Both the position numbers and the translations under genes were made by a program. From the NCBI GenBank assembly GCA_913009875.1, contig CAJVYS010000004.1:4137-68136 (forward strand): a DNA stretch of 64,000 nt. Direction: 5' to 3'. The notes under the pieces are model-generated. The model made no database searches and was not told the DNA's origin. It worked only from the letters and a program-made list of their open reading frames with translations. This document shows, one piece after another, positions 17,332-29,479 of the stretch (positions within the stretch are counted from its first letter, which is position 1; every line of letters begins with the position of its first letter). The DNA is from an uncultured Gammaproteobacteria bacterium. GTDB lineage: Bacteria > Pseudomonadota > Gammaproteobacteria > SZUA-152.

Positions 17332-18900
17332 TCAGGAGCTGCACGACAGCATGGAGCAGCCGGCGCGGTTGCGGGCCCAGTCGGGGCGGCGCTGGGCGTA
17401 GGCCTCGCGGCCGGGTTGGTCGTCGTAGGGGTGGCGCAGGACATCGAGCAGTTCGTGGATACCGCTGTCGTCGCCTTGTTCGGCGCGGTCGATGGCCTGT
17501 TGTGCGAGGTAGTTGCGCAGTACATAACGGGGATTGGCGGCCTGCATGCGGGTGCGATGCTCGTCATGGTCGAGGCTGTCGTGGTGCAGGCGTGCGGCGT
17601 AGCGGGTTAGCCAGTCGTTGAAGGCGGGTGTGGCGTCGTGCCGTTTTTGTTCGTCGTAGAAGGCGTCGAGCAGGGGGGTGAGGCTGTGGCTGGCCGGATC
17701 CACATCGGCGAGGCCGCGGAAGAAAAGGGTCATGTCCACATCGGTTGTGTGCAGCAGGTGCTGCAGATCGGTCATCAGGGTGACGTCTGTGTCGCGGCAT
17801 TCGGCGAGGCCCAGCTTGGCGGCGATGTTGCGGTGCTCGCTGCGGCGATAGGTGTCGATGAAGCGTTCCAGTCCGGCGTGCAGTGCATCGTGGTCGTCAA
17901 ACAGCGGGGACAGGGCGCGGGCCAGCTGGGCCAGATTCCAGTAGGCGATCTCGGCCTGACGGCCGAAGGCGTAGCGGCGACCCTGGGCATCGGTGGTGTT
18001 GGGGGTCCAGTCGGGGTCATAGTTATCGATCCAGCCGTAGGGGCCGTAGTCGATGGTGAGGCCGAGGATGGACATGTTGTCGGTGTTCATCACGCCATGC
18101 ACGAAACCCACGCGCATCCAGTGTGCGACCATCTCTGCGCTGCGTTGGCAGACCTCGGTGAACCACGCCGCGTACAGGGCTTCGTCTTTGTGGCCGCTGT
18201 TGGTCAGGGCGGGAAAGTCTCGGTGGATGGTAAAGTCCAGCAACTGTTCCAGTAGCGGCAGGTCGCCGCGTGAGGCGGGCAGTTCGAAGTTGCCGAAACG
18301 GATGAAGGAGGGCGCGACGCGGCACACCACGGCACCCGGTTCGGCACGGGGATTGCCGTCGTAGAGCATGTCGCGCATCACCGTCTCGCCGCTGGCGACC
18401 AGGCTGAGGGCGCGGGTGGTGGGTACGCCGAGGTGGTGCATGGCCTCGCTGCAGAGAAATTCGCGGATCGATGAGCGTAGCACGGCGCGACCATCGGCCT
18501 GACGTGAATAGGGTGTCGGGCCAGCACCCTTGAGTTGCAGCTCCCAGCGTTCGCCGGTGGCGTTGATGGTTTCACCGAGGCTGATGGCACGGCCGTCGCC
18601 CAACTGGCCCGCCCAGTGGCCGAACTGGTGGCCGCCGTAGTTGGCGGCGAAGGGTTGCATGCCCTCGACGGGCTCGTTGCCGGCAAATACCTGTGCAAAA
18701 GCCGCCGTGTTGATGCTCTCTGCCGAAATACCGAGCAGCGCGGCGACCTCTGAGGAGTGGGCTACCAGCCGTGGCGCCGACACCGGTGTCGGGTTGACGT
18801 GTGAAAACAGCGCGCAACGCACCTGGCGTTGGCGCGGGCCGGTTTCGAGATCGGCGGGCAGCTCGCGGATGAAGGTGTTGTCGAAGCGGAGATTATTCAC
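17332..18900 (-). CDS. selO: Protein adenylyltransferase SelO (YdiU/UPF0061)
   Basis: Full-length SelO-like 522 aa; conserved FDNTFIRELP start and kinase-like core. Confidence 0.85.
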   Translation of the reverse strand: MNNLRFDNTFIRELPADLETGPRQRQVRCALFSHVNPTPVSAPRLVAHSSEVAALLGISAESINTAAFAQVFAGNEPVEGMQPFAANYGGHQFGHWAGQLGDGRAISLGETINATGERWELQLKGAGPTPYSRQADGRAVLRSSIREFLCSEAMHHLGVPTTRALSLVASGETVMRDMLYDGNPRAEPGAVVCRVAPSFIRFGNFELPASRGDLPLLEQLLDFTIHRDFPALTNSGHKDEALYAAWFTEVCQRSAEMVAHWMRVGFVHGVMNTDNMSILGLTIDYGPYGWIDNYDPDWTPNTTDAQGRRYAFGRQAEIAYWNLAQLARALSPLFDDHDALHAGLERFIDTYRRSEHRNIAAKLGLAECRDTDVTLMTDLQHLLHTTDVDMTLFFRGLADVDPASHSLTPLLDAFYDEQKRHDATPAFNDWLTRYAARLHHDSLDHDEHRTRMQAANPRYVLRNYLAQQAIDRAEQGDDSGIHELLDVLRHPYDDQPGREAYAQRRPDWARNRAGCSMLSCSS

Positions 18901-18954
18901 GGCCGCAGGCTGCCGGCGTGCTTCGCCGCAGGGAAGCGTATTTCTGTTGCCGGC

Positions 18955-19323
18955 TCAGCCCGCCGAGCCACAGCCGCCGCAGGCGCCGGAACCGTCGGTG
19001 GCCGCGAAGGCATTACGGAACACGAAGCTGGCGCCCATGCCCTGTTGCACGAAGTCGATCTCCACGCCGTTGAGGTAGCCCAGTGCTATGGCGTCGATGT
19101 ACAGGGTCAGGCCGTCTTTTTCGAGGATGGCGTCATACTCGCCGGGGGTCTCGGAGAAGGTCATGCCATAGGTCATGCCGCTGCAGCCGCCGCCGGAGAC
19201 GAAGATGCGCACGCCGTTGATGTCTTCCTCGCTGCTGAGCAGCTCCACCAGCTTTTCGTGGGCGGCGGGCATGATGTTGATTTCGTCGCTGAGGGTCTTG
19301 TTGAATTCGGGTTGTGCGCTCAT
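18955..19323 (-). CDS. HesB/IscA/ErpA-family Fe-S cluster insertion protein
   Basis: VSGGGCSGMTYGMTF motif; C-terminal CGGCG variant of the usual CGCG. Confidence 0.7.
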   Translation of the reverse strand: MSAQPEFNKTLSDEINIMPAAHEKLVELLSSEEDINGVRIFVSGGGCSGMTYGMTFSETPGEYDAILEKDGLTLYIDAIALGYLNGVEIDFVQQGMGASFVFRNAFAATDGSGACGGCGSAG

Positions 19324-19485
19324 GTCTGGATTCCGATAGGGTGGCTTCGAGTGCCTCTGATTCTAGCACTGCCGGCGGTGCATAAATACGCGCAGATTGG
19401 CGGGTTTTATTGGCGCAGGGGACACCCCTGAAACAAATGCGGCAATCCGTGTTCCAATGAGAAAGCCCCGTGCCAGGAGAACCGT

Positions 19486-21318
19486 ATGCACCCACGTCCA
19501 CTGTCGTCGATTTTTCTGCTGCTGGTTCTACTCCCTATGGCGGCATCGGGTAATACCCTGCGTGGCAGTGATTCTCCCTATCTCGCCATGCACGGTGATG
19601 ACCCGGTGGACTGGCAGCCGTGGTCCGCCGAGGTGCTGGCGCAGGCGAAACGGGAAAACAAGCTGCTGTTCGTCTCCATCGGCTATTTTGCCTGTCACTG
19701 GTGCCATGTCATGCAGCGCGAGACCTATCGCGACGAGGCCGTGGCGCGCTATCTCAATGAGCACTTCATTTCCATCAAGGTGGATCGGGAGCTGAACCCG
19801 GCGCTGGATGCCTACCTGATCGAATTCGTCACCCGCACCCGCGGTTCGGCGGGCTGGCCGCTGAATGTCTTTCTGACCCCCGACGGTCACCCGCTGGTCG
19901 GCATGACCTACCTGCCCACGGCCCGCTTCAAGACCCTGTTGAGTGAGCTGCAGGATCAGTGGATGGAGGCGCCGGACTATCTCAGACAGGTGGCGGCGAA
20001 GGCGGCAGAGGCCATGAAGGGTGCTCCCCTCATGCTCGCGCCCGCGCTGAAGGCTGCGGATGTGCGGCGTTATGAGGAGGTTCTGGTGAGTCAGGCGCTG
20101 GCGCTCGGCGATGAGATGTCCGGCGGTTTCGGTGAGCAGACCAAATTTCCTCTGGCGCCCCATCTCCGCAGCCTGCTGGCTGCCTGGCAATACAAGCCCG
20201 ATGCTGAACTGAAAGAATTCCTTAGCCTTACTCTCGACCGCATGGCCTTGCGGGGACTGCGTGACCAGTTGGGTGGCGGTTTCTTCCGCTACACCGTCGA
20301 CCCCGGCTGGTATACACCGCATTTCGAAAAGATGCTCTATGGCAATGCCCAGCTGGCTGTGCTGTACCTGCGTGCCGCACAGGCCTTTGATCGTTCGGAC
20401 TACGCGGCCGTGGCGCGCGATACACTGGACTTCATGCTGCGTGAAATGATGGCACCGGCGGGTGGCATGGTGGCCAGCTTCTCTGCGGTGGATGATGTCG
20501 GTGCGGAGGGCGGCTATTACCTGTGGGATAACGAAACCCTGCAGCGGATTCTCGACAAGCAACAACTGGCTCTGGTGCAGCAAGTGTGGGGTATGCAAGG
20601 GCCACCACCGCACGATGGCGGCCATCTGCCGATAGTGCAGATGTCGACTGCCGAGGCCACAGAGGCGCTGGACATGGATGCGCGTACGGCAGGGAAACAA
20701 TTCCAGTTAGCCGGAGAGCGGCTGCTCGCCGAACGCCGCAAGCGCCAGCTACCGGTGGATCACAAGATTCTGGCCGGCTGGAACGGCCTGGCACTGACGG
20801 CGTTGGTGGCGGGTGCACGGCAACTGGATGATGTGCGCTACCGGCAGGGCGCGCAAAAGTTACGCAATTATCTGCTCGAAACGCTGTGGGACGGCCAGCG
20901 CTTGTGGCGTGCGCGCGGCAAACACGGTGAACTGGGGCAGGCGACGCTGGAGGATTATGCCTTTGCTGCGCAGGGGCTGCTGGACTGGGCGGAGCTGACG
21001 AATAGCAAGGCCGACCAAAAAATGGCGCGGCGCTGGGTGGAGGATGCCTGGCGGCGTTTTCACGATGGCAGCGGCTGGCGTCTGTCCGATCAGACGCTGC
21101 TGCCCAGCGGTTACGGCGTCGCCATGTTCAGCGACAGCCCGCTGCCATCGCCATCCGTGGTACTGATGCGCACGGCCTGGCGGCTGGCTGATGCGGAGGA
21201 TGACAAGGCCCTGCGGGCGCGGGTTCTAAAGGCAGTGTCCAGCGACCACACCGAACTGGAAACGGCGGCGTTCGAATATGCCGGGCAGGTTGAGCTGCTG
21301 GTGGAAATGATGAAGTAG
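19486..21318 (+). CDS. Thioredoxin-domain protein, DUF255/YyaL family (N-acylglucosamine-epimerase-like C-terminal domain), secreted
   Basis: Signal peptide; DWQPWS...FVSIGYFACHWCHVMQRE thioredoxin-like CxxC; long alpha/alpha-toroid C-terminus. Confidence 0.75.
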   Translation: MHPRPLSSIFLLLVLLPMAASGNTLRGSDSPYLAMHGDDPVDWQPWSAEVLAQAKRENKLLFVSIGYFACHWCHVMQRETYRDEAVARYLNEHFISIKVDRELNPALDAYLIEFVTRTRGSAGWPLNVFLTPDGHPLVGMTYLPTARFKTLLSELQDQWMEAPDYLRQVAAKAAEAMKGAPLMLAPALKAADVRRYEEVLVSQALALGDEMSGGFGEQTKFPLAPHLRSLLAAWQYKPDAELKEFLSLTLDRMALRGLRDQLGGGFFRYTVDPGWYTPHFEKMLYGNAQLAVLYLRAAQAFDRSDYAAVARDTLDFMLREMMAPAGGMVASFSAVDDVGAEGGYYLWDNETLQRILDKQQLALVQQVWGMQGPPPHDGGHLPIVQMSTAEATEALDMDARTAGKQFQLAGERLLAERRKRQLPVDHKILAGWNGLALTALVAGARQLDDVRYRQGAQKLRNYLLETLWDGQRLWRARGKHGELGQATLEDYAFAAQGLLDWAELTNSKADQKMARRWVEDAWRRFHDGSGWRLSDQTLLPSGYGVAMFSDSPLPSPSVVLMRTAWRLADAEDDKALRARVLKAVSSDHTELETAAFEYAGQVELLVEMMK

Positions 21319-21336
21319 TCTATTTGTCGTTTGATT

Positions 21337-21510
21337 TCGTAGGAGCGGGCCATGCCCGCGAAAACCCACGAAAAACAACAGAATTGCGGGAGCGGCTTCA
21401 GCCGCGATTAATGGGTGGCCCTATTCGCGGCTGAAGCCGCTCCCACCGTTATTAAAATAACACCCCAGTAAAACTATCGCGGGCATGGCCCGCCCCTACA
21501 AAAGACAGCG
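21337..21510. repeat. Cluster of REP palindromes (GTAGGAGCGGGCCATGCCCGCGAA type and GCGGGAGCGGCTTCAGCCGCGA type, each with an inverted partner)
   Basis: Four REP units in alternating orientation (BIME-like) in the yyaL-like to GATase intergenic region. Confidence 0.6.
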
Positions 21511-21518
21511 CTTCAGTG

Positions 21519-22292
21519 CTAGCCCCGCGCCAGTACCCGCCCATGATGAAAGGCCAGTAATTCCCCGGGCGCCATTTTTGTCCAGTTTTCATTGTCGGTC
21601 AGCGGCAGGGTGGCGATCAGGGCTACGCGGTCATCGGGGGTGGTGAGTTCGTTGAAATCCACACTGACGTCTTCGTCGATCAGGTGTGCGGTGCGGAACG
21701 GTGCCTTGCGCAGCACATAGTTCAGGTCCGTGGCGCAGTAGGAAAACAGCAATTCTCCGTTAGAAAGCAGGAAGTTGAACATGCCATGGCGGGCGATCTC
21801 GTTGCTGATTTTACGCAGGGATTTCAGCAGCTCCACCGGTGTTGGTTGTTGCTGCGGATATTGCTGTTGCAGGGTGTTGAGGATGTGGCAGAAGGCGGCC
21901 TCGCTGTCGGTGCCACCGACCGGGCGAAAGCGGCCATTGCCCGCCGGTGCGAAGTCCTTCAGTTCACCATTGTGGGCAAATACCCAGTAGCACCCCCACA
22001 GCTCACGCTGGAAAGGGTGGGTGTTCTGTAACGCGACATGGCCATGGGTGGCCTTGCGGATATGGGCGATGACGTTCAGCGAGCGGATGGGATAGTCGCG
22101 CACCAGCTCCGCGATGGCGGATTCGGCGGAGGCCCGGTCGTCGAGAAACAGGCGGCAGCCCTGGCCTTCGAAAAAGGCAATGCCCCAGCCGTCGCTGTGC
22201 AGGTCGGTGCGCCCGCCACGGGCGCGGAAGCCTTCAAAGGAAAAGCAGATGTCCGTGGGGACGTTGCAGTTCATGCCGAGTAGCTGGCACAT
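21519..22292 (-). CDS. Class II glutamine amidotransferase (YafJ-type)
   Basis: Starts MCQLLGMNCNVP (N-terminal Cys nucleophile after Met removal). Confidence 0.75.
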   Translation of the reverse strand: MCQLLGMNCNVPTDICFSFEGFRARGGRTDLHSDGWGIAFFEGQGCRLFLDDRASAESAIAELVRDYPIRSLNVIAHIRKATHGHVALQNTHPFQRELWGCYWVFAHNGELKDFAPAGNGRFRPVGGTDSEAAFCHILNTLQQQYPQQQPTPVELLKSLRKISNEIARHGMFNFLLSNGELLFSYCATDLNYVLRKAPFRTAHLIDEDVSVDFNELTTPDDRVALIATLPLTDNENWTKMAPGELLAFHHGRVLARG

Positions 22293-22293
22293 T

Positions 22294-23454
<1,161 letters not shown>

Positions 23455-23525
23455 GGTCGGAATCTTATCATGTAGTGTTTGTCGCCGAGGGTTTAGCGGA
23501 TGAATTTCCCGACGAGAACAGAGAC

Positions 23526-24278
23526 ATGATTCAACGTGATGAATTGCTGCGGTATCTGCATGAATTGCTCGATGTGGATACCTTTTCCGATTACTGCCCC
23601 AACGGCCTGCAGGTGGAGGGGAGGGCGGAAATCCGCAAGCTGGTGTGTGGCGTGACCGCCTGTCAGGCACTGGTGGATGCCGCTGTAGCGGCTGGTGCCG
23701 ATGCCCTGCTGGTTCATCACGGCTATTTCTGGAAGGGTGAGCAGCCCACCATCACCGGCCTCAAACGCCGCCGTGTGCAGGCCCTGCTGGAGGCCGGCAT
23801 CAATCTGCTGGCCTATCATCTGCCATTGGATGCGCATCCACAGCTGGGCAACAATGCGCAGCTGGCGCAGCGTCTGGGGCTGTCGGTCAGCGGTGGTTTT
23901 GCCGGCGAGCCCGCCATTGCCCTCACCGGCAGCGTGAGTGAGCCGGTGAGCGGCGAGGCCTTTGCCGCCCGTATTGCCGACCGCCTGCAACGCGTGCCAT
24001 TACATATTCCGGGTCAGGCCGCGGAGATCCGCCGTATCGCCTGGTGCAGCGGCGGTGCCCAGGGTTATATCGAACAGGCCGCTGCGCTGGGGGTGGACGC
24101 CTATCTGACCGGCGAGGTGTCCGAGCAGACGGTGCATATTGCGCGCGAGACCGGCCTGCATTTCTTCGCCGCCGGTCACCATGCCACGGAGCGTTACGGG
24201 GTGCAGGCGCTGGGCGACCATCTGGCGGAGCGGTTTGCCCTGCAGGTCGAATTTGTGGATATCGATAACCCGGCGTGA
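23526..24278 (+). CDS. Nif3-family dinuclear metal-centre protein (YbgI/GTP cyclohydrolase 1 type 2 homologue)
   Basis: MIQRDELLRYLHELL...; conserved His/Glu metal ligands; 250 aa. Confidence 0.8.
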   Translation: MIQRDELLRYLHELLDVDTFSDYCPNGLQVEGRAEIRKLVCGVTACQALVDAAVAAGADALLVHHGYFWKGEQPTITGLKRRRVQALLEAGINLLAYHLPLDAHPQLGNNAQLAQRLGLSVSGGFAGEPAIALTGSVSEPVSGEAFAARIADRLQRVPLHIPGQAAEIRRIAWCSGGAQGYIEQAAALGVDAYLTGEVSEQTVHIARETGLHFFAAGHHATERYGVQALGDHLAERFALQVEFVDIDNPA

Positions 24279-24285
24279 GTACTGC

Positions 24286-24329
24286 AGTGTCCTGAATAGT
24301 ATGTCTTAATAGGCATACTATTCAGGACA
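24286..24329. repeat. AT-rich perfect hairpin (16-bp stem TGTCCTGAATAGTATG / CATACTATTCAGGACA)
   Basis: Lies between the Nif3 gene and the rpmE leader; possible terminator or DNA palindrome. Confidence 0.3.
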
Positions 24330-24466
24330 CGGCAGTTGGTTTGCAATTGCCGCTGACAAGCCCTAAAATACGCGGTTCCCGCGCGCCGAGGTTTCTGTTT
24401 TCCTCGGGGGAACACGACCAATCCGGGCGCGCACCCGAACAACCAATTAGTTGAGAGAGAAGCACA

Positions 24467-24670
24467 ATGAAGCCGGAAATTCATCCTGCATACCATGAGA
24501 TCGACGTGAAATGCAGCTGCGGGAACGCCTTCCAGACACGTTCCACGTTGAGTGGGTCGCTGCAGCTTGACGTGTGCTCCCAGTGTCATCCGTTCTACAC
24601 GGGCAAGCAGAAGCTGATCGACAGCGGCGGGCGTGTCGACAAGTTCCGTCAGAAGTACGGCAGGAAGTAA
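24467..24670 (+). CDS. rpmE: 50S ribosomal protein L31
   Basis: [20 protein letters not shown]...[13 protein letters not shown] zinc-ribbon L31. Confidence 0.9.
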   Translation: MKPEIHPAYHEIDVKCSCGNAFQTRSTLSGSLQLDVCSQCHPFYTGKQKLIDSGGRVDKFRQKYGRK

Positions 24671-24699
24671 GCATTCTGTATTCGGGCGACAGTGTCCGG

Positions 24700-25548
24700 G
24701 TGACGGATCGAGTCCGCAAAAAGGCGTCCCAGTGGGGCGCCTTTTTCGTTTGCGCCGGGCTGTTATTCAGCTTGCCGGCCTGGGGGCAGGATTGTCCCGC
24801 GGATCGTATCGACGAACGGGCAGCGCTGGCCCAGGTGGTCGATGGTGACACCCTGCGCCTTCGCGATGGCCGCTTGGTTCGTCTTATTGGCGTCAACACA
24901 CCGGAAATCGGTCGTGACGGAAGACCCTCCGAACCCTTTGCGCAACGGGCGCGAGATGCCGTGAAGCGGATGTTGGGCCGCAATGCGGTGGTCGGTCTGC
25001 GCTTTGGCGCCGAGCGCAGGGATCGCTATGGCCGCCTGCTGGCTCATGTTTATCACGCTGATGGCCGATCTGTGGAGGTAGCCTTGCTGACGCGGGGCTT
25101 GGCGGCACAGATCGTGGTGCCGCCCAATGTGTACGGGCTGGCATGTTACCGTGCAGCCGAGCGCGAGGCGCGGGAAAGCGGGCGCGGAGTGTGGGGGTCG
25201 GTCTATCGTCCACAGGCCGTGGAAGCGCTGCCGAGGTCGACGCGGGGATTCCGTCTCATCAGCGGCAGAATCACGTCTGTCGACGACAGCAAATACTCCG
25301 TGTGGCTGAACTTTCCGCGCAAGGCGGGTGAAAGGAAGCGCGAAGGCGTGGCCCTGCGGATTCCGCGCAAGGATCTGGTGAATTTCCCGCGCGGCTTTCT
25401 GCGTGATCTGCAGGGACGGCACGTGGTGGCACGCGGCTGGCTGTTCCGGCACAAGAAACAGCTGGTGATGGTGATCCGCCATCCGGCGGCGCTGGAGGTT
25501 CGACCAGCCGGGATGCATGTTGCATCGGTTAATGCGGCCACTGATTAA
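24700..25548 (+). CDS. Secreted thermonuclease (SNase/micrococcal-nuclease-like) family protein
   Basis: Signal peptide ...SLPAWG; SNase motifs VVDGDTLRL...RLIGVNTPE; GTG start inferred. Confidence 0.6.
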   Translation: MTDRVRKKASQWGAFFVCAGLLFSLPAWGQDCPADRIDERAALAQVVDGDTLRLRDGRLVRLIGVNTPEIGRDGRPSEPFAQRARDAVKRMLGRNAVVGLRFGAERRDRYGRLLAHVYHADGRSVEVALLTRGLAAQIVVPPNVYGLACYRAAEREARESGRGVWGSVYRPQAVEALPRSTRGFRLISGRITSVDDSKYSVWLNFPRKAGERKREGVALRIPRKDLVNFPRGFLRDLQGRHVVARGWLFRHKKQLVMVIRHPAALEVRPAGMHVASVNAATD

Positions 25549-25579
25549 AAAATATTCAAAACAGCAATCAGAGAGAGTC

Positions 25580-26833
25580 ATGGACAAGAACTTCAAACAG
25601 CAGGCCCTGGACTATCACGCCGGTGAACGCCCCGGCAAGATCGCCATTGAGATTACCAAGCCCTGTGACGGCCAACAGGATCTGTCGCTGGCCTACACGC
25701 CGGGTGTGGCCGAGCCGGTGCGCGCCATTGTCGCAGATGCCGACCTGGCCTATCGCTACACCAGCAAGGGTAACCTGGTGGCGGTGGTCACCGATGGCAC
25801 GGCCGTTCTGGGGCTGGGCGATACCGGTCCGCTGGCCGCCAAGCCGGTGATGGAGGGCAAGGCTGTGCTGTTCAAGAAATTCGCCGACATCGACGTGTTC
25901 GACATCGAGGTGGATGCGCACTCCACCGCTGATTTCATCAACACGGTGGCCAACATTGCGCCCACCTTTGGCGGCATCAACCTGGAAGACATCGGTGCGC
26001 CACGCTGCTTCGAGATCGAGCAGACTCTCATCGACCAGCTCGATATCCCGGTGTTTCACGACGACCAGCATGGTACCGCCATCATCGTCGCCGCCGGGCT
26101 GCTCAATGCCTTGGAGATCCAGGGCAAGCGGCTGGAGGAGGCCAGAATCGTCTGCCTGGGCGCGGGCGCGGCCGGCATCGCCTCCATGCGCCTGCTGGTG
26201 TCGCTGGGCGCCCACCGCGACAACATCCTGATGCTGGACCGCAAAGGCGTGATTCACACCGACCGCAAGGGGCTGAACCCCTACAAGTGGGCCTTTGCCA
26301 GTGAGGATACTAGCCGCAACACACTGGAAGAGGCCCTGGTCGGGGCCGATGCGTTCATCGGTGTCTCCGGGCCCAACCTGCTTGGTGAGGCGGCCCTGGC
26401 AGGGATGGCGCCGCGGCCGGTGGTGTTTGCCCTGTCCAATCCCGATCCGGAGATCAGCCCCGCTCTGGCCCGCCAGGTACGTGATGACCTGATCATGGCC
26501 ACCGGGCGCAGCGACTATCCCAATCAGGTGAACAACGTCCTTGGCTTTCCCTTCATTTTTCGTGGTGCGCTGGACGTGCGTGCGCGCCGCATCAATGAGG
26601 ATATGATGATCGCCGCCGTGCATGCCCTGAGCCGCCTGGCGCGCGAGCCAGTCCCGGCCGAGGTGCGTGCGGCCTATGGCGTGGACAGTCTGGCCTTCGG
26701 TCCCGAGTACATCATCCCCACCCCCTTCGATCCGCGGCTGTCGGAGTTCGTGCCACCCGCGGTGGCGCGTGCGGCGGTGGACAGCGGCGTGGCGCGTCTG
26801 CCCTATCCGGCGGACTACCCCAATGTAATTTGA
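25580..26833 (+). CDS. maeB: NADP-dependent malic enzyme, MaeB-type catalytic domain only (no PTA domain)
   Basis: [10 protein letters not shown]...GLGDTGP...VCLGAGAAG motifs; 417 aa. Confidence 0.85.
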   Translation: MDKNFKQQALDYHAGERPGKIAIEITKPCDGQQDLSLAYTPGVAEPVRAIVADADLAYRYTSKGNLVAVVTDGTAVLGLGDTGPLAAKPVMEGKAVLFKKFADIDVFDIEVDAHSTADFINTVANIAPTFGGINLEDIGAPRCFEIEQTLIDQLDIPVFHDDQHGTAIIVAAGLLNALEIQGKRLEEARIVCLGAGAAGIASMRLLVSLGAHRDNILMLDRKGVIHTDRKGLNPYKWAFASEDTSRNTLEEALVGADAFIGVSGPNLLGEAALAGMAPRPVVFALSNPDPEISPALARQVRDDLIMATGRSDYPNQVNNVLGFPFIFRGALDVRARRINEDMMIAAVHALSRLAREPVPAEVRAAYGVDSLAFGPEYIIPTPFDPRLSEFVPPAVARAAVDSGVARLPYPADYPNVI

Positions 26834-26892
26834 AAATACCCAGCACGTGTTTTCCACATCCCGCCAGCGTTCAGTAATAGCCGAGGTGCGAT

Positions 26893-28170
26893 ATGACGCG
26901 TAGCATCCACCGCCTTGTGTTGCAGCGCCTGGTCGTGGTTTGGCTGCTGCTTTCCACGGTTTTTGGTGGTGTGGTGTATTGGCTGGGTGTACGTCATATC
27001 GATGACAAGGTGGTGGATCTGATCCTGCGTGAATCGCGCATCTTTACGCCACAGGATATGAAGTTTCTCCTGAATCCGGGACCGGGGATTAATGAGGCAC
27101 TGATGCGCAAGGTGGAGTTGCTGGTCGACAGGCACTTTTCCTTGATCGAGATCTACGATCCCCAGGAAAACCACGTTGCTACCGCCCACCGTCCGGGCAG
27201 CGTGCGCCTGGAGCAGGAGCTGGAGCGTCGCCATCACAGCTTCCCCCTCGATGCCGCGCTGCATTACGAACGCTTTGTCATCGATGATGAGAATTACCTG
27301 CAGATCCTTTTGCCTCTACGAACCGAAACGGGTGAACTCGCCGGTTATCTGGAGGGGGTCTACCACATCGATGCGGAGACCCTGAGCGGGATTCGTGACC
27401 AGGTTTACCAAACCCTGATGCTGGTGATGTTAGTGATCCTGGTAACCTCCGTCGTGCTCTATCCCGTGATCCTGTTGCTCAACCGGGAGCTGCTGCGCTT
27501 CTCCCGTGAGACCCTGCGCGATAACGTCAAGCTGATGGAGGTGCTGGGTAGCGCGGTGGCGGTGCGTGACAGCGATACTCATGCTCACAACCACCGTGTG
27601 ACCCTGTATGCCATCCACCTCGCCGAGGCTCGCAAGCTGCCGGCGGAGGTGATCCGCAATCTCATCGCCGGCGCCTTTCTGCACGATGTCGGCAAGATCG
27701 GTATCAGCGACGCCATCCTGCGCAAGCCCAACGGCCTGACCGCCGAGGAATTCAGCATCATGCGCGGCCATGTCCGCCTGGGGCTGGATATCGTCAGCAA
27801 GGCGTACTGGCTGAAAGGGGCCTTGGATGTCATCGAGTTTCACCATGAAAAATATGATGGAACGGGCTATTTGCAAGGCCTCAAGGCGATGGAGATCCCC
27901 CTCAATGCGCGCATCTTTGCCATCGTCGATGTCTTCGACGCCCTTACCTCGAAGCGCCCCTACAAGGAGCCTTTTTCGCTCGAGCGCTCTCTGGCCATGC
28001 TGCGCGAACGCAAGGGCAAGGACTTCGACCCGGTGTTGCTCGAAGCCTTCGAAGAACTGGCGCCCAGGCTCTATGACAAGTTTGCCCGCGCCGATGATGC
28101 GCACCTGGAGGCGGTGCTGATGGAGAGGGTGGAGCGTTACTTTATCGAGGCCCGATTGGGGAAACTGTAG
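26893..28170 (+). CDS. Membrane-anchored HD-GYP-family phosphodiesterase (GYP motif diverged to GYL)
   Basis: Two TM segments flanking a periplasmic domain; HD domain HAHNHRV...HDVGK...HHEKYDGTGYL. Confidence 0.75.
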   Translation: MTRSIHRLVLQRLVVVWLLLSTVFGGVVYWLGVRHIDDKVVDLILRESRIFTPQDMKFLLNPGPGINEALMRKVELLVDRHFSLIEIYDPQENHVATAHRPGSVRLEQELERRHHSFPLDAALHYERFVIDDENYLQILLPLRTETGELAGYLEGVYHIDAETLSGIRDQVYQTLMLVMLVILVTSVVLYPVILLLNRELLRFSRETLRDNVKLMEVLGSAVAVRDSDTHAHNHRVTLYAIHLAEARKLPAEVIRNLIAGAFLHDVGKIGISDAILRKPNGLTAEEFSIMRGHVRLGLDIVSKAYWLKGALDVIEFHHEKYDGTGYLQGLKAMEIPLNARIFAIVDVFDALTSKRPYKEPFSLERSLAMLRERKGKDFDPVLLEAFEELAPRLYDKFARADDAHLEAVLMERVERYFIEARLGKL

Positions 28171-28230
28171 GCGCGTCTGTAAGCCGAGCATGTGAGCGGG
28201 CCACGCCTGCGAGGGCCAGCTACAAGCACT

Positions 28231-28294
28231 GTGGGAGCGGCTTCAGCCGCGAAGCAGAATCTGGCATGGCAATTGCGGCTGAAGCCGTTCCCAC
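28231..28294. repeat. REP pair (GTGGGAGCGGCTTCAGCCGCGAAG ... TGCGGCTGAAGCCGTTCCCAC)
   Basis: Inverted REP units forming a long hairpin. Confidence 0.5.
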
Positions 28295-28330
28295 ATAACA
28301 CTGCCTGTTGCCTGATCTCGGGCGGGCTAC

Positions 28331-28372
28331 AAAAAAGGGGCGTCGTGAGCAGACACGGCGTCCCTTTTTTTT
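28331..28372. terminator. Bidirectional intrinsic terminator between the convergent HD-GYP gene and hemE
   Basis: AAAAAAGGGGCGTCGTG...CACGGCGTCCCTTTTTTTT (A-tract, hairpin, T-tract). Confidence 0.55.
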
Positions 28373-28387
28373 ACCGACGGTGAGCGT

Positions 28388-29464
28388 CTATTGGTGGTAA
28401 GGCGGGCTTAGCTCGTGCACCGCCTCGATGAAGGCAGCGACGTTTTCCGGGTCGATGGTGGGGTGGATGCCGTGGCCCAGGTTGAATACGTGGCCCTCGC
28501 CCTTGCCGTAGCTGGCCAGCACGCTGGCGACTTCTTCGCGGATCCGCTCGGGGTTGGAATAGAGGATACAGGGGTCCATATTGCCTTGCAGGGCGATTTG
28601 TTGCCGGCCGTGTTTAGAAATCAGAGCGCGTGCATCGCGGAGGTCGATGGTCCAGTCCACGCCGAGACAGTCGGCCCCGGTGGCCGCCATCTTGTCCAGC
28701 CATTGTCCGCCGCCCTTGGTGAAGAGGATGACGGGGACTTTGCGGCCGTCGGCTTCACGGGTGAGGCCGTCGATGATTTGTTGCATGTAGCGCAGTGAAA
28801 ATTCCTGATAGTCACGTGGGGTGAGTACGCCGCCCCAGGTGTCAAAGATTTGCACGGCCTGCGCGCCAGCGGCAATTTGTCCGTTGAGATAGGCGATGAC
28901 GGACTTCGCCAGTTTGTCCAGCAGTTGGTGCAGGGTTTCGGGCTGGTCGAACATCATGCCTTTGATGTGGCCGTATTCCTTGGTGCCTCCGCCTTCCACC
29001 ATGTACGTCGCGAGCGTCCACGGGCTGCCGGAGAAACCAATCAGCGGTACACGACCGTCGAGCTCTTTACGGATGGTGCGCACGGCGTTCATGACATATT
29101 GCAGCTCACCTTCGGGATCGGGCATGGGCAGGTTTTTTACGTCCGTAGCGCTGCGCACGGGACGCTCGAACTGTGGCCCGTGGCCGGTGTTGAAGGTCAG
29201 GCCCAGGCCCATGGCGTCGGGGATGGTGAGGATGTCGGAGAACAGGATGGCGGCGTCCAGCGGGAAGCGTTCCAGCGGCTGGATGGTGACCTCACAAGCC
29301 AGCTCCGCATTACGGCACAGATCCATGAAGCTGCCGGCCTTGGCGCGCGTAGCGCGGTACTCGGGCAGATAGCGGCCCGCCTGGCGCATCATCCACACCG
29401 GGGTGATATCAACGGGCTGGCGCATCAGGGCGCGCAGGAAACGATCGTTTTGTAGTTTTGTCAT
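28388..29464 (-). CDS. hemE: Uroporphyrinogen decarboxylase
   Basis: [36 protein letters not shown]; full-length UroD. Confidence 0.9.
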   Translation of the reverse strand: MTKLQNDRFLRALMRQPVDITPVWMMRQAGRYLPEYRATRAKAGSFMDLCRNAELACEVTIQPLERFPLDAAILFSDILTIPDAMGLGLTFNTGHGPQFERPVRSATDVKNLPMPDPEGELQYVMNAVRTIRKELDGRVPLIGFSGSPWTLATYMVEGGGTKEYGHIKGMMFDQPETLHQLLDKLAKSVIAYLNGQIAAGAQAVQIFDTWGGVLTPRDYQEFSLRYMQQIIDGLTREADGRKVPVILFTKGGGQWLDKMAATGADCLGVDWTIDLRDARALISKHGRQQIALQGNMDPCILYSNPERIREEVASVLASYGKGEGHVFNLGHGIHPTIDPENVAAFIEAVHELSPPYHQ

Positions 29465-29479
29465 GTCGGCGTTATTGAC

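Noticed and set aside
24467-26833. rpmE / nuclease / maeB block lying on the hemE side rather than next to ponA as in P. aeruginosa PAO1 (a possible large rearrangement)
   Set aside because: Synteny recalled from memory for a single reference genome only. It cannot be verified without a comparison, so it is not reported as a finding.
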